Shown one piece after another: positions 21,801 to 32,815 of a DNA stretch of 64,000 nucleotides (its first letter is position 1; every line of letters begins with the position of its first letter). The notes under the pieces are model-generated. The model searched no databases, was not told the DNA's origin, and saw only the letters and a program-made list of their open reading frames with translations. The stretch comes from Monocercomonoides exilis PA203 (Eukaryota; Protista; Preaxostyla). The position numbers were made by a program, and so were the translations under genes. The stretch is taken from positions 992,001-1,056,000 of the forward strand of contig LSRY02000010.1 of the NCBI GenBank assembly GCA_001643675.2, read 5' to 3'.

Positions 21801-23645
21801 ACTCTCTGCATTACTTTGAAGCATTGTCACGTTCTGAACACAAAGAGTTCCAGATGCAACATTAATAACAGATAATAACGATGATGCTGATTGCACAACA
21901 CATTCATTCTTTGACAATCCACAAACACAGAATTCTCCGGAAGAAATTGATATTTGTTCTTCTTGAAATACACTCGGTCGCAGGATCAGAGTTTTATTCA
22001 AGCTGCCTGTTATTCTTCCAAGTGAATATTTGATTGAGCGACATAAAGGAGCAAACCCACACTGCCCATGATCAATTCCAACCGAATAATCGGCTGTTAT
22101 TTGATAATTGTTCTCATTGTTTCTCAGCCACGAACTCAGATCTGATTTGCTCGAACATTCATAGAATCCATCATTGCATCTTGTGATCCTTGGGGAAGCA
22201 CTTGAAGAATAACAATCAGTAATGTTGTTTTCATCAATTGTATTCCATTGCAGAATAAATGCGAGGTGAACATCGTGACCATAAGCATCATCTTCGGATG
22301 TACTATTATAGAAAATGCAATATTTCAAATTTATCGAAGGGTGATCTGACCCTTCTTCATCACCAATCAAAATACAAGGCGAATAGCCCTTGCTGTAGCT
22401 ATTTTGCATCAAACAATTTGAAATTAATATCAACGTGCTGACTCGCCATATATGAGAAACTGATGAATATTCAACTGAACTTGCATTGTCAAAAATACAC
22501 GAAACAGTAATACAAGGATTCTTTTTACATTTTGCCCAATAAAAACATGTTTTACTTTTCGAAGAGCAATTAGTAATTACTGAAGAGGAAATTACTCCAG
22601 AATCGATATCATATAATTTGAACCCACCTGTTTCTCCTAGCGCCGAACAATCATTAACAATGCATTCATCAGAAACAAACATTCCATTTGAATTATTCAT
22701 ATAAACTGCACCAGCTTCGGCTTTTGAGATGCATTGAATGAATGAACAACGATGTAATCTTATTGATGCATTTCCTTCTCCGTAAAGAGCACCACCTGTT
22801 TCATCACTTTGAACATTGAAGATGTCATCATTAAACTCATTTTTTCCTTCTGAAAATGGCAGCCTTTCATTATAAGTTGTATAGCATTTCAAAAACGATG
22901 AATTACTGCAATAAAAAGAGATCATTGCAGGAGATAGAATTCCACCAGAATATGGACTTTCGCAACCTATCATAACTATTCTTTCCACCAGGACTCTGTC
23001 AGAACATCCGATTCCATTGTCATATTTTTTAATTGTTTTTTGTAAAGTGATGTTTTCGAACAAAGTGTCAGATACAGATATTGATGAAAGGCAATTCGAA
23101 GAAAGAAATGGACCATTGCCAAGAATTCTAAATGATGAAATTCTCGAAGATGATAAGCACAGTTCGCAACAATGAGGAAGAGCTTCCTTTGAATGATGAG
23201 TAATCAAAGACGGTAATTGGCCACTCTGAAAAATAAAATTAAATGAAATATTTCTGAGATACATTCGGCTTGCAGAACAGTCAAGCAGATTTTTCGATTG
23301 TGAAAAGACAGAAAACGAACAACTACAAATACTCAATTGCGAATGATATTCCACTGATGCAAAATGTTTTAAAGTTTCCATGTTATAGGCAAGTGCAGAT
23401 AAGAAAATTGTTGAGTTTCGAACAACAACAAATGAATGGTCATTTTCCAATTCACCTTGTTTGGCCTTCTCTTTGGTCTTCTGCTCAAATGATAATCTTT
23501 GCTTTTCTGAACTCAAAATAGTTGTTGCATGGCCATCAAAATATGTTCTATCGAGGTCCTGCCCAGAAACCAACAAATAAAACACGAGGTGCCACAAAAC
23601 GATCAGATTCATAGAATGTTGATAATCTGTAATTCTATTATGCAT
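15828..23645 (-). CDS. Large type-I membrane receptor-like protein (2605 aa): signal peptide, Pmp-like beta-helical ectodomain, one TM, degenerate TKL/TK-like kinase C-lobe
   Basis: N-terminal hydrophobic segment; GGA(L/V)Y and GRGGG motifs plus D-x3-CG-x3/4-C-x-S repeats; TM WAMIIIVVFVLLFIIVLIISIILAV followed by RWKK; RWKAPE, FSIGMMLWE, IPF, DRPS; no HRD or DFG. Confidence 0.85.
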   Translation of the reverse strand: MHNRITDYQHSMNLIVLWHLVFYLLVSGQDLDRTYFDGHATTILSSEKQRLSFEQKTKEKAKQGELENDHSFVVVRNSTIFLSALAYNMETLKHFASVEYHSQLSICSCSFSVFSQSKNLLDCSASRMYLRNISFNFIFQSGQLPSLITHHSKEALPHCCELCLSSSRISSFRILGNGPFLSSNCLSSISVSDTLFENITLQKTIKKYDNGIGCSDRVLVERIVMIGCESPYSGGILSPAMISFYCSNSSFLKCYTTYNERLPFSEGKNEFNDDIFNVQSDETGGALYGEGNASIRLHRCSFIQCISKAEAGAVYMNNSNGMFVSDECIVNDCSALGETGGFKLYDIDSGVISSSVITNCSSKSKTCFYWAKCKKNPCITVSCIFDNASSVEYSSVSHIWRVSTLILISNCLMQNSYSKGYSPCILIGDEEGSDHPSINLKYCIFYNSTSEDDAYGHDVHLAFILQWNTIDENNITDCYSSSASPRITRCNDGFYECSSKSDLSSWLRNNENNYQITADYSVGIDHGQCGFAPLCRSIKYSLGRITGSLNKTLILRPSVFQEEQISISSGEFCVCGLSKNECVVQSASSLLSVINVASGTLCVQNVTMLQSNAESSASMPFVVMDGDGSLTMEECEISSIESSLQLEASFINVRGGSVQLSGVGITSMNFLSDSFISCNDNQLSSVLYVVNTNFSLIQRMSGNGGVIEWRNASSGRVVIENCHFENISVENSGGGMISRGELIVNGTSKFEGCYAGNPIGKGRGGGLYIDVDSIESKFTICENVTFSVENLNKASYGRDIFIFCESRILLKEKIDRSSIRFIKNDNCINFGDELSGCENGKVMPAIPLHVYLCDLRSPIFIKGNGFDHSHCGHSAFCCSTIDFCIRERVNESVNAMEVMSSVLIKNPFVVPSLPTSQISISSSLASSSSQYPSVNVALTDNISSDCNNIIQCIGSFSLSFLSFVLPCILPSSISSIIQSTIFLSLSNVSIVFSADNLANSVVFSLIHVSGGELELTGLVVSKDVTFTALTPINVNGASRVTVEGCTLTEIANEGGSGGCMKVEINGGGSISIKNTNISSKCKNEEGLRGGGLMISVGGGGSLEMKNVNFSECEVPSGDVEDGGKGLGGGMFVVLPDEIDKLVLEEMIFEKCNAWKGKNIFVSGWDLSEIASKDHFKWGMSAEELGSLDELCGWEGMTTGEEYVIPLVVYLWSNWSGNGFISKEGGRDFSGCGFSEVPCSSIDHIIKMRFSPVALEKSIIKVEGSASLKHSVSLLPSKPSDENQPLISIEGGDEAVHLFVSDDGAFSDDGSLISNSVNAFFSNILINLPSRFEFYKSFVHSIHSVSFSLCKFIPSDTSSSSSLCALDIVEGDVSLEHCTVVTLSLANPFLRLSANFHSVHMHNTSFTNSSVSSDCFISVFPSEHQPNNLIRISNSKPVNRPSMNLSSVTVENVSRTEEGSVFLGVKEFTGLDCEMENCTFWNCLSRQSNRGGGLMMHMKNEESNLEVKNCTFVLCTCSESTGRGGGMMLDFCDPDAPFQTPSSPLLLHIAGVQFMMNSAFMGKDMFINCYSIDKQINETLFALDFSQPSLRMNTSICGSDLTLTDIDLIPLITFLYIPQVFVSIEFEDSNQCGKQDNPCRSVSHGVRHVQIGLFNAICIDSSTVVVEPTVISNLTLKSITKQQSIIHFNSLIEKKFDGSWIIMFENECLVESCLFSFGEHFLAEHTAIMKQLNGSLTFENCIMQSSSIEFILNSSLFVIEGGSFEIVKGSINVISATHQLFFFRSGTIATINQIKVSKIKTTENSIIVESGSSVNITQLTASDILLNGGSFISLIKEKNQLSNEKDVGERVVLQMGISSFSNITSNNSINSCMVESACEKTRSQMLNCSFERCFTPSKKGTLVKISTGSSLSLQTCELTGFDDEFRSKKNSANDDVCKWNGSLVDVNNGFLEMKDATITNSPEGGITISEGSVSIEMGLFENNNPLIEGYPSLRRNIICSDSGTLNVKSLKGGDGVLPKTSLWMLNEGCKLGGIAEERSSPFFIPALGSVEAKEETDRMKLTFKGFLLVPCNLSFSVVKKKGEEKEIEKHSFDGNGFLSETEVEGSVGKDLISSCGDDVEVSVSVMFGNSNAPSSTQSFILKNRSEAKSNGDERKTEGGNSNGNISSWAMIIIVVFVLLFIIVLIISIILAVRWKKAKNETKKYKEIVEDTVKKDPKAFEMVTMEMSPEAQWRRAEREAEKKNGERIKKKVCEKSLAHSESEEYLLSESGSTEYILGKDSDKIPEWMLEKVDEKEEEIRKRTPSPSISSTSTTDTSDTDTTFVRTESLCPTTSSMSNLVDAMACSSPHEKLIVDLRDSLFMLLHGRNEKKEMAIGSLKEREMTAAQILFWVANLALHSFDEMENKLQSLANLSPHIVLFSEHMVICIVIHSDLLSDDSDSSSISSSTVVTSASDDDDDSDSLPSSAFEDEDAFKKECLRWKAPELLMNKNMGATKESVAFSIGMMLWECLTLQIPFGEYEAGIAGQKIVNGERQNLEVINSSKLFGVIHRCVSHNPSDRPSLVEVKRELIKIFPPEAAMLTMSDAVDMNDPRTQEANESSSKMSFC

Positions 23646-24751
23646 CAGATCTGAAAGTTTAAATTCAATTTTTCGATAAAAAGAATTATTCTTTGAAATT
23701 GAGGAAATTGAACTTTTAAATAATAATTAATTTGCAAATAATAATTAGAAGAAAGGATACTTGCTTTTCTTTGTTTTGTTGGCTGAATTCATTGTGAAAT
23801 AAAAATTAATTTCGAAATTCAATTAAATAAATTCCAATCACTTCCTTCAGCATGAACTCACATTGGCAAATCTTAACAAACGATATGGTTTTGTTCAAAG
23901 AATACAGCAAATGGATTCAGATGAAAATGTTGTTAATCATTGAACAAAATCAGAAAAAATCATTTTTTGTATGAAAATGTCTTCAACAATTCAGTACCTT
24001 TGCTGAACAACTTTTCAGAAAGATTGTAAACTTGATTGCAAATGACTTTTCATTCATTTTGCAAAAAAAATTTGGAACAGCAGCGCTGCAGAACTTCAGA
24101 AAAGCTGACGAGACCAATCAAAAGAATGCTTCAAAAGCTCAGTGAATTCCTCAATCAAATCGCGTGTAAGTTCATTTATGTGTAATGAGGCTTTTTCTTT
24201 TTATGTGCATAAACTGTGCACGATTGAAAAATTCATTTTTATTTCGATCGTTTCTCATAATAAAAGTTTTCATCTCCAAATATTAGAATGAATCCATCAA
24301 AGCGAGGAGGAAAAAATGTGTTGCCTTTATTTTCCGTATGGAAATATGTTTTTGTAAGCAATTAAATTCAACTTTCTTTATTTATTGTGATTGAACACTC
24401 TATTAATGAACATTTTGAAAATGGAAATATTTTTATCAACAAAAAATAAATTGAAACAAACTGTGAAATTAACTGTTCTATTTGCTATTTGCATGTTGGT
24501 GCGACGCACATGAGGAGAATGCGGAGGTTGTCATTGCATGCAATGAAAGTGTGCGAAAGCTTTTAGAGAAAAATATTTCTGTTAATAATTATTTCACTTA
24601 TTCTCAGCAACGGGAGCACTCGAGGAACATTTGAGAAAATTGCAGTATTTATATTGCATTTTTGTTATTATAAATCGTTGAATGCACTTTTAGGGATAAA
24701 AAATGCAAAGGCAACGAACTATCTGGTGTTTCGAAGCAAGTTTATGAGCAC

Positions 24752-27700
24752 TTGCTGCTTTGCGTTGGAACAATGGAAAGCGTACCTCCAAGTATATTGG
24801 GAGGTGTAATAACAGGAAGCAAGCGAATTATGGCGGTTGGTGGAGAAGAAGCTGTTGCATCATTCGGATCCTCAATGATTCTGATAACTGACCCGAGATC
24901 TTATTCTCTTAGGCACAGAAAGCTCAGAGTTGATGAAATGCCAACGCCAACGAATGAAAAAAGTGGAAGACTGATTCGCCAAGAGCAAGAAATGCCGGAG
25001 GCAACGAAACTGTTTGTTTCAGATTTTCTGGATTCTCCGCTCCTGCAAAGTATCATCCATAAAGGAGAGACAATCCCAGGTGTTGTCGAGCGCATTAGCA
25101 TCACAGAGAACGAAGAGGTGTTTCGAGTGCTGTCCAGATTGATTCTGAACGTTGTAAAGATGGCAGATGTTGATGGGATGGCTGCGCTGACGAGGCAGAA
25201 TGTTTTGGATGGGATCAAAAGCGTTCTCGTGAGAAGTCAAAGCAAAGAAGCGCTGGAAGATGCCATTGCTTCTTTGTGGCTTGTGCGCAGCATTGGCCAG
25301 AATATTCCACAAGTGAAGTACATCAACTGGGAACAAGATTACTGCAAATCGAACATTGACACGGTACTGGCAGAAATAACAGTTGGAAACAAGAAGCGAG
25401 GAATTGTGCGAAAAAAGATAAATATAAGAACTGCTTCGCGGAAAGAGACCGTAGACATATTAAGTGAAGTGGATGAAATGAAAGCACTGTACGGAGAGGA
25501 ACCAGCATTTCAGAGTGAAAAAGCACAAAACGATGAAAAAAAGGAAAAAGCGAATACCAAAACAAGGCGTAAAGGAAAATATAGCACACTTTCAAAAAAT
25601 GAAGAAAACACTTATGAACAGTTAGAAGAAAGCAAAAGAAAGCAAGAATCTGCATCTGAACCTTGTGGGCCTTCAGAGCCATCAGAAGCTTCAAATATGG
25701 CAGCTGAAAAGCCATTTGTTCCGACTTCGATTCGAATAAAAGCAGCGCTGGCTCTTTTGAATGGAACGTTGTATTATGGCATGCTTCCTCCGATAAGGAA
25801 TCTGATTCATGTGCTGAGCGAAGGGATCAGACTGCCAGAAGGGGCAGAGGCAGAATACTTAAAGAGAAAGAAAGAAAAGCTGCATCGAGGCTCATCAGGA
25901 GAAGATGGAAGAGAGCATGAAAGCAGCGATTGCGAATGGGAAAACAGCGAGGGAGACATGATGAAAGATCTGTTTGATGTTCTTCAGATCAGCCATTGTG
26001 TTAATAAAATAGATGCGCTGTTTCGGCACCGTTGTATGTTCTTCTTTGTATTCTAATGATAATCTTTTCAAACATTGAATAAAAATAATTTTATAATTTT
26101 AGTGCTCAAAAGTGAGAAAGAACCTTTTGACATTCATGCAAACTCATTATGGGATTTTAAGATTGTTGACGAAACAGAACCCATGTCAGATAGGCAACTT
26201 AAAACATTGGTGGATTTGCTCTTGCGCTTGAACAAGCGTGCACATCATTATTTTCGTTATAAATTCAATTTTATAAATATATAATTTTGTTTTATAAAAT
26301 AAATGTCTATTTATGAAAAACTTTTCTTTTCTTTTCTTTTCTTTTCTTTTCTTTTCTTTTCTTTTCTTTTCTTTTCTTTTCTTTTCTTTTCTTTTCTTTT
26401 CTTTTCTTTTCTTTTCTTTTCTTTTCTTTTCTTTTCTTTTCTTTTCTTTTCTTTTCTTTTCTTTTCTTTTCTTTTCTTTTTCTTTTTCTTTTTCTTTCTT
26501 TTTCTTTTTTTCTCTTTTCTCTTTTCTCTTTTCTCTTTTTTCTTTTTTTTTGACTGCTGCTTTTGTTGACAGGTTTCCTGACAATTTGTTTTTCTGCTTA
26601 TCGAGTCATTGCCTTGAGGGTATATGTGAAACATACCCGAGCCAAATGAAGCGGCTGTATTTTTCTACTTTTGAAAAGCAAATAATGGAGGATTTGGCCT
26701 GTGTCGAAGAAGAAATGAAGCAAATTGAGGAGAAAGAATGTCAAGTGAGAGAAAGGAGCATTAGAGAAGAAGGTGACGCAAAGACAATGATTTTCCACAC
26801 AAATCTGAAGAATGAGTATTTCCGGAGTCTGTTCAATATGAGTAATTATAATCTTGTCCAGTTCAACCACATCAAGCAACGCCAATTCACAGAATTCGAT
26901 TCTGCAGCCGAATTTGAATGTGACAGCGAGCTGCACAAAGAGTTGCATAAACTTGAATTTCTGAACAACTCATATTATATGGGGAAAGCATTCAAGAGTT
27001 GGTTGAATGCAAATGATAATGAGTTTCCTAATACGGCAACTGTAACTGCACCAGAATATCATTACTCTTCAGCCGCATTCCACTTCAACCATACACTGAA
27101 CTGCATTGCTGCTATTGGAGCCACCGAAGATTGCTGTGATGATGTTGTCCTTCGTCCGTTCTTTGAAAAGCTTGTTTGGCGGATGGGCCATCCATTTTGC
27201 TTGGTGGCTCCTGTTTCAGTTAAGCGGCTGGCGTGTGAGGCTTACCAGCAACAGTCGTTAGAGTCTGTTCAGAATTCGATTGATTCGTTTGTGACGCAAA
27301 TGCTGCTGAATGTCGAGAAAGAGCTGCCATATGTGTTTGCAATGGGGTTTGTGAGCACACTCTTCGAGTGGATGTTGAATGGGAAGGATTCAAACTTGAA
27401 AGTTATGTGTCTCTGTGTCCAAGTGATACGAGAGCTGTGCATTGCCTACACGAATGTTTCAAGAGAGACGAGGATTGAAAAAGCAGAGCCGTTCAATAAA
27501 AGCGTTGTTGCTCAAAGAAAGTATTTCAATGCGAAAGGTAAAAGTACGTTTGATCCTCCAAAACTGACAGAAATAAATGCAGTTTCATCGCTTGAGATAT
27601 TCATGTGCTGCAAGGAGTACGTGCCAAAGATTGGCAACTCTGAAACAGCATGTCTAAATTATCAACCGCATGAGGTGGATTTCAAAGAGGATGCAGAAGC

Positions 27701-27980
27701 TCTGGCAAAGGGAGAAGATATTGGATTGAGCCTTCTTCGTCTGATTGATGATGCAATCGAAGAAAGTGGGATTCGCGATTTTGTTGAAGCCACTCAAATA
27801 AGAAGAAATTTGGAGTTATTTTGGTTGTGCCCAGGTATTTTGCAGTGGAAAAGTGAAGTCTTCAATATGGAGGCGCAATATCATACCAAAAGAGATCAAA
27901 TGAACATGTTACCAGCATTGGAATTTAATCTGATACCTTTTGATTGGTTTAACTATACAAATCATTTAGCGAATCAATAA
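24752..27980 (+). CDS. Hypothetical multi-exon protein; further 5' exons probably lie at ~23.9-24.7 kb
   Basis: Long ORFs 24752..26056, 26075..26284 and the post-repeat part of 26313..27980 are separated by AT-rich GT..AG intron-like gaps; no family recognised. Confidence 0.6.
26321..26550 (+). repeat. (CTTTT)n pentanucleotide array, probably intronic
   Basis: Perfect array to ~26480 then degenerate; ends just before the acceptor gttgacag (~26572). Confidence 0.95.
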
Positions 27981-28539
27981 AGTGCTGATAATTTGACTCT
28001 TCCTGAATGCAGTTTTTTGAAGCATTGTATGTTAAGGATTTTCTGAGCAATTATTTAAATTGCATTTATACTTGCATTTTGTGATTCTTTTTGAATGGTT
28101 TAGTTTATATCTTCATTTTCTTTGTTTTAATTGTTTCACCAATTTTTCATATTATTTATTGGAGCGAAACAGAAAAAATAAGTATTTCTTTATGAAATAA
28201 TCGAGTTTTAATTTCAGCTTTATGAAAAAGAGTGTTATTTGAGGTATTTAATATCTTTCATTGCAATATATTTGTTATATAAATATTATAGTTCATGTTT
28301 ATTGCTTTTTCCAAGCTTTTATTTCACTGAATAATTATATTTTAAATAGAGAATATACAAAATATTTTTTTGAATCTCTAGATTAATTATTTCAAAAATT
28401 GTATTTTCTTATCTTATCTAGTCTTTTTTTAAACAAAGTCTGAACAGTTTTATAATTTTTTTTGAAACGAACATTTACAGTTTATAAAGAAAAAAGTTGA
28501 TTTATTTTATTTTATTTTTATTTTATTTATTTATTTATT

Positions 28540-28570
<31 letters not shown>

Positions 28571-29039
28571 GTTTATTTATTTTTGAAAGAGAAGGGAACA
28601 AGGGAATTCCTAAGTGAAATTTTTTCAATATCTCTTTTTTTTTAAAAAAAACACTTGCAAAATATTTCATATGCTCGCTGTCACGCTGTGGTTTTTGATT
28701 CAAGAAGCTGGTCAAATTTTCCTTTCCTTTGATGTTCAATCTCTAGACTTCTTTCAGTTTTCCATAGATGACAATTCTTTTTTTCATTTTTTTCTCTTCT
28801 TTTTGCATGATAGTGCATTTCAGAATCTTTTGGTTTTCAATCCTTCCACGGACATTACTGATGATATGATTCATTCTTTTTGTATCAAATTCACCATTTT
28901 CAATCGTTGAAAAAAAACATTCTTAACACGAAAACATATCACAAAAATAAAGTTTTCACAATTTTATCTATTGAGTTGTCTCTTTAAAACCGATTCAATA
29001 ATTACAAACAATCAAAAAAAAAAAAAAAAAAAAAAAATA

Positions 29040-31051
29040 GGGTCATATTTTTATTAGATCCTATTTTTTTATTCGATCCTATTTTTTTAAAATCAATTAT
29101 TCAGCCACCCACATTTCGATTTATTAATAGTATTTTTGGTATATAAGAAAAATATCAGCAACTGAATAAATACATTTAAATGCATAACCTGTTTCTTGTG
29201 GGGGGGAAATGGGGGGGTTAAAAGCCTCCCGTTGAAATTCTATCAGTTACAGGTTGGTTCCAATGAATTTAATTCAAAAAAATATGCATTTAATGTACAA
29301 AAAATTAAATTTCAATGAAAATTGAAATTTATAATAATTAATTAAATAAATTGGCTTAATGATCATAACCCAAAAAATAAAAAATGAAAAAGGAAGTTGC
29401 AAGAAAATCTACTACGGGTCAGCTGAAGCTGCGAGAGGCGATGCTATCATTCAAATACAGACAATTTCGGAATCCGCTGGAGCGAATGGCGCACATAGTT
29501 AACGATGGAGCTGTGCGTATGGTGGACGCATACAACAGCAAAAAATTCAGCAAAATCCGAATCAAGCGTGCGGTGAAGGCTGTTCGGCAAGGAAGGCTAG
29601 TTTCAAAAATTGGAAGACCTGCTGTGGTCATTGGAGAAAAAGAGCAAACAGTGCTGGATGAAATAAAAATAGAATCACTGTCTGGAGCAAGCTTAACTAT
29701 CAAGAAAATGCGTGAACTGGTTTGAATAAATATTCTTTGAAATGTATTAATTAATATTAATTAGATTGAAAATGTTGTTAATGATTTGAAACCAGAAAAC
29801 ACGCCAGATGTTAAAGTTTCTGCGTCAGTTGCCTACGATTTCATCAAACGACATCCAGAGCTGAAGACATCAAAGCCAAAAATTGTTGATGCGAACAGGC
29901 TTGCCGTATCATGCCAACAAGTTCTAAAGCCCTGGTATGATATGCTCAACGGATCACATCAGAACAACAGTTACAACAACGCACTGATTTTCAACGTGGA
30001 TGAGTCTTCACTCAGGGTTCCTGACAGCTCCAATCGGAATGTCGTTCATCCGGCAAATACAAAACCCGGTTACGCTAAATCTGCTGCGCGAATGGCGAAT
30101 TCTACACTGATTGCGGCGGTCGCAGCAGATGGACAATCACTTCCTTCAGTGATCCTGTGGCCGAGTCTCAAACTTCCTGATGACTTGAAGCCTCTTCAGT
30201 CTACAAATCTTGAGATTTGGCCGAACAAATGCGGATGGATGGAATCTTCAACATTTAGGAAGTATGCACTTTCAATTCTTCTCCCTTCAATCAAAGAAAG
30301 AAGGCAACGCATGTCACTCGACGAATCGCACTGCTTGCTTCTAATCGACTCCCACATTTCTCGAGCAGATCCAACAATCTGGCGAGAGTTCAAAAAAGAA
30401 AATGTAGATGTTGTGACATTCGTCCCTCACAGCACACACATCTGCCAGCCACTGGACCGAGGTGTATTTGCCGTTCTGAAGTCAGAAATGAGTTCACAGT
30501 ACGAAGCACCTTCGTCGTCGTCTTCAGCAGCGAAAAGAATAGCTCTTGTGGAAGCTCTACAACAATCAATTCATTCGGCGCTATCACCTTCGGTCATCAA
30601 AAGAGCATTCAAATGCAGCGGCGTGCTGAAAGACTCGTCTGGGCCAGTTCTGATGAAGCTTCCTCAATCATCGACTTATCCTCTTCCTTCTCATAAAAAT
30701 CGATTTGACTTCTACGGTAAAGAAATAACAGAAGAAAAGGTGCTAAATGAGTGGGATGATTATTTGAAAAAGAAAAGCGAAATGGAAAATGAAAAAGAAA
30801 ACATTTCTGATGAAGAAAATGATGAAACAATGAATTTCACGAAAAAGCTGAAAAGAAAATTCAAAATACTTCAAGATGAGAACGATATAGAGAAAGAATC
30901 ATCTGATGAAATTGAAAGAGGAAAGGGAAAAAGAAAAGTCATACGCAAATTAGATTCGAGTTTTGTATTTTTTTGAATTTTTTTTTGAATTTTTCATTTC
31001 GAAAAATTTGGGTACTAATAAAAAAAATGGGTACTAATAAAAATATGACCC
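29040..31051 (+). mobile_element. Intact pogo/Fot-like (Tc1/mariner superfamily) DNA transposon, 2012 bp
   Basis: Perfect 18-bp TIRs GGGTCATATTTTTATTAG (29040-29057 and 31034-31051); TA on both sides (29038-39, 31052-53); internal transposase. Confidence 0.93.
29384..30976 (+). CDS. DDE_1 (pogo/Fot) transposase, DD35D, 515 aa; exons 29384-29719 and 29765-30976
   Basis: HTH region plus GRP motif; NVDES, LLLIDSH, 35 residues, then QPLD; the 45-nt intron GTTTGA..TTAG restores the frame. Confidence 0.92.
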
Positions 31052-31287
31052 TACTATTAAAATAACGTTTTCTTTATTTCTTTTGAAAACTGTTCATCCA
31101 TTATATTACGCAAAATTATGAGGATATTATTCTTAGAATTGAAGAAATAAACATGAACGTTTTATGTTAAAATAATATTTTTTGAGTCAATTGATGAAAC
31201 TGTATCTCAAAGAAAAAAATACCCAATATAAAATTTTAACACCCAATTGTTGGCTGTTTCTGCTTAATCTTTGCGTGGAGCACTTTT

Positions 31288-32145
31288 ATGAAAGTCCGTG
31301 CGATTCAAGTTGAAAAACTTAAGTCAACCACAAGTCTTCCTTTCGTTCCAACAGCTGAAAAAGGACAGACAATTATTTATAGCTTGCTTTCCCCTTCTCC
31401 TGCGAAGTTTATTTCAATAAATATAAACATTGCATATAGCTCATTTCCACAAAACTTTTTATTTTGAACATTTAGGTATTTGCTGTTTAAAAACTTCTAT
31501 TGCCACAAATATTCACTTTTTTTACTTCTTGATGGAGAGGTGTCCTGGCTTCGTATTTTCGAAAATAAAATAATTATGAATGATCCTACAGTGGAAGATG
31601 AAGCCTTTAAAATATTTTCCGTAAATATTCATCTTGTGTGCACTTTTTTCCTTCGAATTTATTTTTTCATATTTTGTTAGTATCCAGAATACAATCCATC
31701 CCGGAGAATTGGACATATTGCAATAATACTAACTCAATTGTGCCCGTTGTGGAAGCAGTTTGATCTCGAATTGACAAACTGCTTTGATGAGGTCTGATAG
31801 AAACTTAATATTTTTGAAATTATAAAAATTTTAAAAATACAATGTTTTCAGATAATTTCTGCTGATGATTTATTGCCTTCAACTGTTGCAATTCATAGCA
31901 AAGAGCATCATGATTTTCAACCTAAAGGTGCAGAAAAAGCAACAAATATGAAAAATTATCAAAGTGCAGAATCTTCATCATCAGATCTTAAATGCAATCA
32001 TTCAAATCAAATTTTCTCGCTTCGGTTTCTCCATTTTCCATCGACATACAAAAGCACTTCTTTGGGTGGATTTATTTTGTCTACGCAAACAATTAGACGA
32101 ATGCATGCCATTACGACTCAAAAAACACCACCTGCACGCAAGTGA
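31288..32145 (+). CDS. Nicolin-1-like protein (tubulin polyglutamylase complex subunit 5-like), ~4 exons
   Basis: Spliced exons read LLFKNFYC..W..IMNDPTVEDEA..IILTQLCPLWKQFDLE, resembling NICN1 motifs FKNYY/LMPDPHSEE/LRQPSPLW (recalled, not searched). Confidence 0.5.
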
Positions 32146-32304
32146 ACGCAATCATCTCTTTGTTTTATGCTAACAACATAATTTGATTTTATTTGCAAAT
32201 TAAATTTATAAAAATTTATTTTATTTTTTTTTTTTAAAAAAAGAACAATTTTGTCAAAGTATTTTTGTAGTTTTCCTGAAAAATGATGACATGATTCACA
32301 ATGC

Positions 32305-32815
32305 TTATTGCTTCTTTTTATGTGAAAGAATTTGAACCAATCCGCCAGTTGCCCTGATCTTTCTTGCAGCTTCTTTTGAGAATGACCTTGCACGAACGCA
32401 AACTGGGATCTTTGGAAGACGTCCTTTTCCAAGAACTTTAAAGTATCCCTAAAATAACAATGTCAATTATTTGAAAAATGAATTGAATTCGAAAATAGCA
32501 ACATACAGCGCGCACAACATCGATGACTGGCATTTTGCCCTTTCTGATTCTTTTACGTTTTTGTTCGGAAACTAATGACCATAAAGTGTCAACGTTAACT
32601 GTTGGGCAGTATTCTCTGTTTGGAAGACGATGGAAATGGCGTTGGCCAACCTTCCCCACGTAATCGGGATGGTACTTTGCGAACAAAATTCTGTGGAATG
32701 AGAAAGCACCAACATTTCCACGACCTGAAGGATGCTTTCTATGTTTTCCAACACGACCATAACCCATTGTAACTTGCCCACGCTTCTTACGTGTCTGACG
32801 GAGACGTGTCACCAT
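32305..32815 (-). CDS. RPL27A: 60S ribosomal protein L27a (uL15), 150 aa; intron 32449-32506
   Basis: [32 protein letters not shown]; second exon [20 protein letters not shown]. Confidence 0.97.

Noticed and set aside
26186-26634. FLFFS/KEKKR repeat ORFs and the N-terminus of the 555-aa ORF
   Set aside because: Products of the (CTTTT)n array, which lies in an intron-like segment ending at an AG acceptor
29198-29217. Two G7 tracts in the transposon 5' region as a G-quadruplex or regulatory element
   Set aside because: Only two runs, no supporting evidence, and not seen in the second element
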